From the NCBI RefSeq assembly GCF_963676685.1, contig NC_092347.1, forward strand, positions 82,832,001-82,896,000: a stretch of 64,000 nt of DNA, written 5' to 3'. The notes below the pieces were generated by a model. The model had not been told where the DNA came from, did not search any database, and was given only the letters and a program-made list of their open reading frames with translations. Origin of the DNA: Mytilus edulis. Lineage: Eukaryota. A program made the translations under genes and the position numbers. Shown here piece by piece: positions 1 to 10,076 of this stretch; within the stretch, counting starts at the first letter, position 1; every line of letters begins with the position of its first letter.

Positions 1-647
1 CAGTGTTCTCTAAAAACACACGAACTCATGGCGTATAAGTCAGTTCCGTGTTTTCCTCTTTTTAAATATTTTATATTTTGTTAGCTAAGAATGTATCATT
101 TATAATGAGGCCAACGTTATGTTTTTCTTTATTTGTTTTGATGGCCTGAAATTAAAAACAAACGCATAACATTTCTATGATGTCGTGTTTTTTTATGTTT
201 TATTTAGTACGAATATAATAAGGCAAGTTATTTTTATCAATATTTTCGATGACGGTAACAATTGTGTTGCATTATTGAAAGGAAGTTGATCACTGCATAT
301 GGTCAAATGGTTTGCTCTTTGTTGAAGGCCAGACGGAGACATGGTATTGTTCAAATCTTTGTCTTTTGTTTTTTATAAATATTGTCGCATTGTCAATCAA
401 AGTACAGCTCCGTATTTTTTGGTTTTATACGAATGTATAGTTTTCGTGATAAATCTAAGAACAAGAAGACTAAAGAAAAACGACATTACATCATACATCA
501 TTATATAACATTCATAGTATGAAGTATGTTTTGTGTGTTATTCTTCAGGACACACGACCATGTCTGTTTTTTTAATCGTCTTTTGTTATTTAGAAAATGC
601 TTTCGCAGCATTGATGCTTGAAATTTTTATTGTCTTTTATTATTCAG

Positions 648-2459
648 AAAATGCTACCGCAGTATTGAAGTCGTACATGGGTGCTGGAAACTCTAAGATC
701 ATGACAACAGTTTACAAATATGTGACTGGCATGTCTACTTCCTATATAACTATGGCTGATGACGGTTGTATACCAATGGCATATGAAGCAGCGGGTCAGA
801 ATGCGGATGGAGGTAAATCTATATACTTTTAACATATTGACCCCAGCGTTTCAATTATATGTTGTATTTGTAAACACAAGATACGGACCTAACTGTACAC
901 GAATAATCTTCATTTTAAGAAACAAATTATAATAAGTCTACAGGAATGCAGCACACGTATTCAACCTTACTGAAATAAAAGAGAGACAAAAGAGAGATAC
1001 TAAAGAATCAGACGGAATAATTAAATAATTAATGCTATGATTGCAAAAAAAACTAAAAATGATAAAAAGACAAACAACAGTATACAAAACAAAACATAGA
1101 AAACTAAAGAATTCAGCAATACGTTTCACATCAAAAACTGTGGTTGATCTCGTGTTCTCTGTTAATCTTGCTCCATATGTGACACAAGATATAAGATAAA
1201 CAAAATACCATAAAGCCCAATGATAATCTATATTTACATTTCAGGTGGATTCCAAATGACAGTTGAGTTTTTTGGAATAACACCAGGTATTGCAGATACG
1301 TCAGTCTTCAATGAACCAGCTCAGTGTGTAAGTATTGTTTTCGTTTTTCTTTTTGGAGAAACTAATTATAACCACTATGCTTATTGCATACAACAATTTT
1401 CTATTATATCATTTCAATAATATACATATATCCCTGCCAGTATCAACGTAAAGAGCATTTAGGCTGATTCACGAGCACTAAACCGCCCAAACAAAGAAAT
1501 ACAAACCACGTGACAATTAAAACTGGTGATGCAGCAACAAAAGTTGTATACAAAGTAAGGCATTTCTATAGATATTACTATCACATGTACAAACGAGTGT
1601 CATTTAAAATTGAGAATGGAAATGGGGAATGTGTCAAAAAAACAGCAACCCGACCATAGAGCAGACAACAGCCGAAGGCCACCAATGGATCTTCAATGCA
1701 GCGAGAAACTCCCGCACCCAGAGGCGTCCTTCAGCTGGCCCCTAAACAAATATGTATACTAGTTCAGTGATAATGAACGTCACACTAAACTCAGAATTGG
1801 CATGTTTTATTGTTACATATTTAAAACACAACCACGTGTTTATTTATTTCCAATGCTTACAATATAAGAATAAAAAGTCCAAGATGGGGTATCATCGAAT
1901 TTCCAGTAAGACAACTCTCTACTAAGGACCAATAACGTAGAAGTTAACAATTAAAGGTCACTATTTTCAGTTTTCCATATGTATGTCATTTTTGTTTTGT
2001 AAATTATAACAAGTGTGGACACAGATCTGTGTGGATAGTATGTGTGAATGTTTGACTGATTTCTGACAAAGAGACTTCTCTTGGGTTTTTTCACGCAGGG
2101 TTCTACATTATACTGTGTTGCACAGTGACAGCCAACCTGAGCCAAATACTAAACATTAGCAATGTTTTTAATCTAATATTAAGTTTTAATGTTCAAGGTT
2201 GTCATGGAGGAGAAACAAATTGCATTGATTTCCAAATAATCATGATAAAATAAATGCCACATCTTTGATATTGGATACATTTGTAGCTAGAAGAGGAACA
2301 CATTAGGTTTCTTTCTGCATTGTGTGATTTTTTGAAAGGGAGATGGTATCTGATTTTGTAAATTATAATAATTGTGGTTTATAATTTTTAATCGTTTTAT
2401 TTCTTTTACAGGGTGCAAATGTACCTGCATTTGCTGGAATTGGAGTTGGAAGACGATAA
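648..2459 (+). CDS. Ependymin-related protein, paralog 1 (3' part only; exons 1-3 lie upstream of the window)
   Basis: GT-AG exons 648-812 (165 nt, NATAVLKSYMGAG...MADDGCIPMAYE), 1245-1327 (83 nt, GGFQMTVEFFGITPGIADTSVFNEPAQC) and 2412-2459 (GANVPAFAGIGVGRR*). AATAAA at 2497-2502. Has the ependymin C-x-P and F-x-x-P-x-x-C motifs, and exon sizes and phases match the other three paralogs. Confidence 0.9.
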
Positions 2460-3798
2460 ATAATTTATCATTTGTTTGCCTTTTTACTTTTTGTACAATA
2501 AAATCTTTTACCATTTTATATGTTTGAATTATTTAGATGGAAACTGTAGCAATAATTGATTAAACGTTCATCTGATAGTTAAACGTCTACCAGTAGGTAT
2601 TTCGTTTATACTCCGGACACTAACAAGTCCAACAATTTAGTGCTAATTCAAAAAATGAGAAAGAAATTGTTAATGAATCATGGATTAAAGACATTTACTT
2701 GCTACTGAAAAAGAAAGAACAGTTAAATGTATGTTGCCAAAAACAAGAGACATATTCCTTTTTTGTTTGAGTTCTGTTTTGCTTATTCATCAAGATTAAA
2801 AATATCTAACGAGATAAACTGTGAGTAGAGCTTATGCAAATCGAGCAAGCTCCTTCATTCTTATTGATATGACAGAGTCCATGTGTTGTCATGGAAAAGT
2901 TGGAACCATAAAGCATTCGAGTACAAATGAAACAGGTTTACTGTGATTTTCATTAAAATTCCGCCGCTAGTATAAATGAGTAAGTTAACGGATATATAAA
3001 AAAGGGAAGAATAAACAAATGAGTAATTAAAAACTTGGTTCGAAGAATAAAAAAATGTTCGAAGAATAAAAAAATGGGTATTTGAAAGCTTGGGTCGAAG
3101 AATAAACAAATGGGTATTTAAAAACTTGGGTCGGAGAAAAACAGACAGTATCACGGCTGCACAAACGAATGTTAAAACTGAGACTTATTTCAGGGTTTCC
3201 ACTTGCATGATCAAAACGATCACAACGACGGATGCCATATATGATTCAGGATCCGAAGCATTTGAGATCATCCCAGTTTGTTTGTGGGTATATTTGTGTT
3301 GCATAGGCTTAAGTTTTCAATTTTGTGTTTTTGTGTACTAATGTTTGACTGTTTTTTTAGCAATGGCGTTGTCATTTTATTTTCGAGTTACTTATGAGTT
3401 TGAATAAAGGCAATAGTAGTATACCGCTGTTCGAAATTCGTAAATCGATTGAGAAAAAAACAAAATCCGGGTTACAAACTTAAACTGAGGGAACCACATT
3501 AAATATAAGAGGACAACAACGACACAACACTAAAATGCAACACACACAGAAACGAACTATAATATAACAATGGCCATTTTCCTGACTTGGTACAGGACAT
3601 TTCTGGAATAAAATGGTGGGTTTAACCTGTTTTATGGCTAGCCAAACCTCCCGCTTTAATGGCAATGTTAAATATAACATTAAAATTACAACATTACATG
3701 ACAGGATTACAATACAAATAAATGGGACATACAGAACATACAGGACAGAGAAACACACAAATAATAGCTATCAAAAGGTACCAGGCTTATAATTCAAT

Positions 3799-4202
3799 AC
3801 GCCAGACGCGCGTTTCGTCTACATAAAACACATCAGCGACACTCAGATAAAAATCTCGAATGCCAAAACAAGAACAAAATCAAAGAGCAGTGAGGGCCAA
3901 AAATTCCTCAAATGTAGTGCCTGGGATAAGACAATCCTTAGTATTTAGAATAGTACACACTTTTGCAATCAGAAAATTATAAAAAAAGACTATATGATAG
4001 AATACATGTGAACACCGAAGTGGTGACTAACTACAGAATAAAAATGAATATGAAGACAACCTAGATCAGCACATAAAAAGCACAGCCGAACAACATAAAA
4101 ACATTTCAAATATTCATTGAAATTATAGTTATAAAAGGTACCATGATTATAATTTAGTACGTCAGACGTGCGTTTCGTCTTCATAAGACTCATCAGTGAC
4201 GC
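3799..4202 (-). ncRNA. Two tandem minimal hammerhead ribozyme motifs, 360 bp apart (retrozyme/Penelope-type monomer)
   Basis: 4159-4202 on - reads GCGTCA-CTGATGA-GTCTT-ATG-AAGAC-GAAA-CGCACG-TC-TGACGT, an intact core. 3799-3842 is a degenerate copy (CTGATGT). The flanks (aaaaggtacca..ttataatt) repeat with a period of 360. Confidence 0.75.
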
Positions 4203-5574
4203 TCAGATCAAAATAGTTACAAAGCCAAACAAGTACAATTAATAATGTCTCGAATTTTAGTCATTTTGATCTTCATGGAAATGAGATGTACCAATGCTAA
4301 TACAACTGTATATCAAATAACATTGACTTATGAGAGGTGGTTTCCTTTAAACTAGCATACAAACAAACTTTCACTTGTAAAATATGAATTTATTTATGGT
4401 GAACCAACCCCTGAAGTAGTAATCGTGCAGTCGGGTAATAGTGGATGGATACCGAAACTGGTGGGTGGATACTTGTCAAATATTTCAGAGCTTCAAAGTC
4501 AATAGGCTATGACTAAGGGTGTGTCCAAATAATCTCCATGGAAATGAGATGTATCAATGCTAATAATTTTATATGTACAACTGCATACCGAATATCATAA
4601 AATTACACTAGTGGTTCTCCATAAACTAACCTAATCACAAACTAATAAATTGTTGACGCCACCATCGCAGACGCCGGAAACAGAATTCATATGTCTCGCT
4701 TGTGGCTTGCTTTTGATTCTATCAAGGCAAGACAACAAATCATTAGATGAACTTTAATTATAATTTCCCATATCATTGTTGACAGTATGAAGAATATGAA
4801 CAAAGCGCTTGTTTTGTTTTTTTCACAAAATGCAGTTGATGAGTTTTCAAAAGCTTATAATAATAATCATACATTACTGCTATAGAATCAACTTATGTTT
4901 ATTCAAAATTTACTGACACGGTTGACCTTAGAGAACCTTTTGAAACGACATCTGTACTGTGCTGATAAAATGTGTCAAAAGAAAAGAAATATGCTCAGTT
5001 ACGATAGTTTACATACGAGAATGAAAAATGTTTGATGTACACACAAACACATATAGTCACCAATAAATAGTCTATCAATAAGTAAATGCGAAAGCAATTT
5101 ACAGATCTAACATTGTTGGGTTGATGTTTAGACGAGTTGTATAAACATAATGTACACAGCCATGTTTCACCATCATTGCTGGTGATCCGATGGATAAATC
5201 TGTTGTAGAGTTGTCACTGAATCAGACGTACTTATAAATGTAATTATTTTCTGTGACTGTATGTTGCATTAATTTGTAGGATCCTTTACTATAGACAATT
5301 TAGCTGATCTGTAACAATAACATCTCCATGCCTTATATATCATGTACTTTAGTACGACGCTAGATTAACACTGACGAGGAAAGGTAACACACGACCACCG
5401 AAAGCTTTATTATTGTGAAGCTAAGGTGGCCGTGTAGTCTAGCGGGACGGCTACAGTGCAGGCGATTTCTCAGCAGCATGGGTTCGAATCCCGGTGAGGG
5501 AAGAACAACAAATTTGCGAAAGTAAATTTACAGATCTTTATACATTGTTGGGTTGATGTTTAGACGAGTTGTAA

Positions 5575-5614
<40 letters not shown>

Positions 5615-6780
5615 CAATTATTCAGACGTTTGATTATATATATATATACTTTTAATGAGAGCCCAGGTGGTCGTGTGGTCTAGCGGGACGGCTGCAGTGC
5701 AGGAGATTTGGTGTCACGATATCACAGTAGCATGGGTTCGAATCCCGGCGAGGGAAGAACCAAAAATTTGCGAAAGCAAATTTACAGATCTAACATTGTT
5801 GGGTTGATGTTTAGACGAGTTGTATATATATATATATGCCTTATATATCATGTACTGTAGTACGCCGCTAGATTAAAACTGACGTGGAAAGGTAACACAT
5901 GCCCACCGAAAGCTCTTTTTTTGAGAGCCCAGGTGGTCGTGTGGTCTAGCGGGACGGCTGCAGTGCAGGCGATTTGGTGTCGCGATATCACAGTAGCATG
6001 GGTTCGAATCCCGGCGAGGGAAGAACAAAAAATTTGCGAAAGCAAATTTACAGATCTAACATTGTTGGGTTGATGTTTAGACGAGTTGTATATACATTAT
6101 GTACACAGCCATGTATCACCATCATTGATGGCGATCCGATGGATACATCTGTTGTAGGGTTGTCACTGACTCAGACGTACTTATGAATATAATTATTTTC
6201 TGTGACTGTATCTTACATTAATTTGTGGGATCCTTTACTATAGACAATTTAGCTGATCTGTAACAATATCATCTTCATGCCTTATATATCATGTACTGTA
6301 GTACGCCGCTAGATTAAAACTGACGTGGAAAGGTAACACATGCCCACCGAAAGCTCTTTTTTTGAGAGCCCAGGTGGTCGTGTGGTCTAGCGGGACGGCT
6401 GCAGTGCAGGCGATTTGGTGTCACGATATCACAGTAGCATGGGTTCGAATCCCGGCGAGGGAAGAACAAAAAATTTGCGAAAGCAAATTTACAGATCTAA
6501 CATTGTTGGGTTGATGTTTAGACGAGTTGTATATATATGAACAGATGTATCCATCGGATCGCCATCAATGATGGTGATACATGGCTGTGTACATAATGTA
6601 TATACAGCTCGTCTAAACATCAACCCAACAATGTTAGATCTGTATATATATATATATACAACTCGTCTAAACATCAACCCAACATTGTTAGACCACACGA
6701 CCACCTGGGCTCTCAAAAAAAGAGCTTTCGCTGGCCGTGTGTTACCTTTCCTAGTCAGTTTTAATCTAGCGGCGTACTAC

Positions 6781-9654
6781 TGTCGGTGATTTAGAGACAG
6801 TTTAACTTACGCGTCAAACGTTAACACTACTTTTAACGCCGTTTCCATTCACATTGTTAACGTCATCATATCTTCTGTTAACGTTGTTCTATTGTTATGT
6901 ATCATGTTACTATATCGAGTTGAGATTATACGATCAAACGAACCAGACGTTGTTTTACTGCCTGTCCAGACTTTAAGTTAACCCATCCGTCACATTGGTG
7001 CCGTGACCAGGATAATGACGAAAAAGAAAGCCATTAGAGTGGGTCATCGAGGAGCCGCACGGAGATTAATTTCAAAGATTGAAGAGGAATTAGAGAAAGA
7101 AACAACACAACGCGACGAAATAGAAAGCCTATGTGAAACTTTGATTCATCGAAGTACTCAGACACAAAACAAGAATAACACAAATTTACCAACTCTTCAT
7201 GTATTTACCGATGCTTCAACTCATGCGTACGGCGCATGCGCGTACATCATGTATGACAGAAAACCAACAATAGTAATGGCAAAGAATAGAGTTGCGCCTA
7301 TCAAGACTATAACTTTACCAAAACTAGAGCTCATGGGGGCTGTAATTGGAGCAAGACTTGCTGATCATATTTGCAAAAACTTTCCGGAAACTTTCAGTGA
7401 AATACAATTTTGGAGTGATAGTCATTTCGTACTTAGTTGGCTTGCATCCGTAAAACCACAGAGACAATTTATCAAAAATAGAATTGAAGAAATTAAAAGT
7501 TTGTGTGGAGATAATGTATGGAGATATTGCCCTACGAAAGACAATCCCGCAGATCTGCTTACACGTGGTATAACATCTGAAGAATTGCAACAGAACGAAA
7601 TATGGTTTAGTGGACCTAAATGGTTAAACAGCAAAGACGATTGGCCGACATGGAACGGAAACAATGTAACGTCTAGTGTATGTACAACAATGTCGGAGAA
7701 CGATGACAAAATTGAAACAATGGAGAATAATCAAAATGTATGTATTGGTATAGGAGAAATCATAGATATCGAACGGTACAATTCTTATAGAAAATTAACC
7801 CGAATTACCGCATATGTAATGAGATTCGCAACAAACTGCAGAGCAAAGGAAACTGAACGAAAGAAAGATTTATTACGTATTGATGAAATTGAAAATGCAA
7901 AATTCCTATGGATAAGATATAAACAAGGTAAAATATTTAGTGACGAAATAAATTGTATAGATAATTCTACAAAACGTAAAACACTTGTGCGACAATTAAA
8001 GCTCTTTCTAGACGAAAAGCAATTATTACGTTGTGGTGGTCGCCGAATACACAATGCGACAGTAGGAGAAACAGTCAAGTTTCCATATCTGTTACCGGCA
8101 AAGGACCGTCTTACACATTTGATAGTGTTAGAAGCACATGAGAACACACTACATTCAGGTATAAATATCACTCTAGCATACATACAACAAACATTTTGGA
8201 TTCCAAAATTAAGACAGTGCGTGAAATCTATATTGATGAAATGTGTAACGTGCCGAAAAGTAATCGGAAAATCTTATCCCGCACCAGAAATTCCACCATT
8301 ACCAAAGGAGAGAGTTCAAGATGCTACACCCTTTAGCATAACCGGTGTAGACTTCACAGGAGCGCTAACGATAAGGAACAGACACAACGAAGAATCGAAG
8401 GCTTACATTTGCCTATTTACATGTGCTGTCACTCGAGCAGTACACTTGGAATTAGTTTACGATCTCAGCGAAGAATCTTTTTTATTGTGTTTCCGGAGAT
8501 TTGTAAGTCGACGATCAGTGCCGAAAATAATGATGTCAGACAATGCGCTAACATTTAAAGCTGCTTCAAACGAAATTTCACGACTTTGCAATTCTAGAAA
8601 AGTTAAAGAAAATATTCAGAATTATGGCATTGAATGGAAATTCATCCCAAATAGAGCTCCATGGTTCGGGGGCATGTGGGAAAGAATGATTGGCTTAACA
8701 AAAACATCACTTAAGAAAGTATTAGGACGTGCACATGTCAACGATGAGACTCTAAGGACTGTATTAACAGAGATCGAAGCCACACTCAACGATCGACCAG
8801 TGACGTATATTTCAACAGATATCAGAGATCCGGAGCCGCTTACACCATCCCATCTTATACATGGACGTAGGATAACAACTTTACCGTATGTATCGTCAAA
8901 TAGTGCTATTGACAATCTAAATGTATGTGAATTAACACACACAAACTTGAACAATCAAGCGATACGACAGAGACAATTGATTGAGAACTTCTGGACAAGA
9001 TGGAAAGGAGAATATCTTACTTCATTGCGAGAATATCACCAAAGAGCTGGAGTCGACGTTCGGAAGATTAAAGAAGGCGATGTCGTTCAGATACACGACG
9101 AATCGAAGCGCGTGCATTGGAAACTTGGAGTTGTGCAGGACACTATTAAAGGCAAGGACGGTTTAGTTCGCGTTGCTATGGTGCGTACCAATTCAGGAGT
9201 TACAAATCGACCCGTGACGAAACTCTACCCATTAGAAGTCAACAGCATGGAATGTTATCTGAGACGAAGTGAACGAAGAAACTAACGTGTGTGAACAGAC
9301 TTGTTAATTTTTCTTATTTGTGAAAAGACTGTCAAATTCAAAGAGTTTTTTACGTAATCTAATAATTTAATATTTTTTGTTCTTTCCGCATGCCACTATA
9401 TATCACAGCTAATGGACATTGCATCTGGTGGCCCCGAGTATGTCGGTGATTTAGAGACAGTTTAACTTACGCGTCAAACGTTAACACTACTTTTAACGCC
9501 GTTTCCATTCACATTGTTAACGTCATCATATCTTCTGTTAACGTTGTTCTATTGTTATGTATCATGTTACTATATCGAGTTGAGATTATACGATCAAACG
9601 AACCAGACGTTGTTTTACTGCCTGTCCAGACTTTAAGTTAACCCATCCGTCACA
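6781..9654 (+). mobile_element. BEL/Pao LTR retrotransposon, internally deleted, recent insertion
   Basis: Identical 214-bp LTRs (TG...CA) at 6781-6994 and 9441-9654. 5-bp target-site duplication (TSD) ACTAC at 6776-6780 and 9655-9659. Primer-binding site TGGTGCCGTGAC (tRNA-His type) at 6996. Confidence 0.96.
7015..9285 (+). CDS. BEL/Pao truncated polyprotein: short Gag N-terminus fused to RNase H + integrase
   Basis: RNase H motifs LHVFTDAS..AYG, PKLELMGA, WSDS, NPADLLTRG. Integrase HHCC (H..LH...CVTC) and DDE (GVDF, SDNA, WERM). BEL-type C-terminus FWTRWKGEYL...RPVTKLYPLE. No protease or RT motifs. First ATG at 7015. Confidence 0.93.
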   Translation: MTKKKAIRVGHRGAARRLISKIEEELEKETTQRDEIESLCETLIHRSTQTQNKNNTNLPTLHVFTDASTHAYGACAYIMYDRKPTIVMAKNRVAPIKTITLPKLELMGAVIGARLADHICKNFPETFSEIQFWSDSHFVLSWLASVKPQRQFIKNRIEEIKSLCGDNVWRYCPTKDNPADLLTRGITSEELQQNEIWFSGPKWLNSKDDWPTWNGNNVTSSVCTTMSENDDKIETMENNQNVCIGIGEIIDIERYNSYRKLTRITAYVMRFATNCRAKETERKKDLLRIDEIENAKFLWIRYKQGKIFSDEINCIDNSTKRKTLVRQLKLFLDEKQLLRCGGRRIHNATVGETVKFPYLLPAKDRLTHLIVLEAHENTLHSGINITLAYIQQTFWIPKLRQCVKSILMKCVTCRKVIGKSYPAPEIPPLPKERVQDATPFSITGVDFTGALTIRNRHNEESKAYICLFTCAVTRAVHLELVYDLSEESFLLCFRRFVSRRSVPKIMMSDNALTFKAASNEISRLCNSRKVKENIQNYGIEWKFIPNRAPWFGGMWERMIGLTKTSLKKVLGRAHVNDETLRTVLTEIEATLNDRPVTYISTDIRDPEPLTPSHLIHGRRITTLPYVSSNSAIDNLNVCELTHTNLNNQAIRQRQLIENFWTRWKGEYLTSLREYHQRAGVDVRKIKEGDVVQIHDESKRVHWKLGVVQDTIKGKDGLVRVAMVRTNSGVTNRPVTKLYPLEVNSMECYLRRSERRN

Positions 9655-10076
9655 ACTACAGTACATGATATATAAGGCATGAAGATGTAATTGTTACAGA
9701 TCAGCTAAATTATCTATAGTAAAGGATCCTACAAATTAATGTAATATACAGTCACAGAAAATAATTATATTTATAAGTACGTCTGAGTCAGTGACAACTC
9801 TACAACAGATGTATCCATCGGATCGCCATCAATGATGGTGATACATGGCTGTGTACATAATGTATATACAACTCGTCTAACATCAACCCAACAATGTTAG
9901 ATCTGTAAATTTGCTTTCGCAAATTTTTGGTTCTTCCCTCGCCGGGATTCGAACCCATGCTACTGTGATATCGTGACACCAAATCGCCTGCACTATGTTT
10001 TAATTTATAGATTAATTTGCTGCATTTTCTTTATTTTTTAATATATTTTCAGTAACATATTAAAAAGTTTGTAAAT

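Larger units (their letters stand above)
5086..9992. repeat. Tandem and inverted array of a ~440-bp repeat with a tRNA-derived (Pol III A/B box) head and (TA)n junctions; hosts the LTR element
   Basis: Head GCCCAGGTGGTCGTGTGGTCTAG...GGGTTCGAATCCC occurs at ~5420 (diverged), 5661, 5927 and 6368. Units are inverted from ~6541 to 6780 and at 9660-9992. Confidence 0.8.

Noticed and set aside
5927-6022. Functional tRNA gene
   Set aside because: A and B boxes are present, but the acceptor stem does not pair and the anticodon arm is unrecognisable. It is the tRNA-derived head of a repeat.
7324-8954. Antisense ORFs within the BEL/Pao pol region (and within the cGLR and 54242-55396 ORFs)
   Set aside because: Shadow ORFs of real coding sequence, with no motifs.
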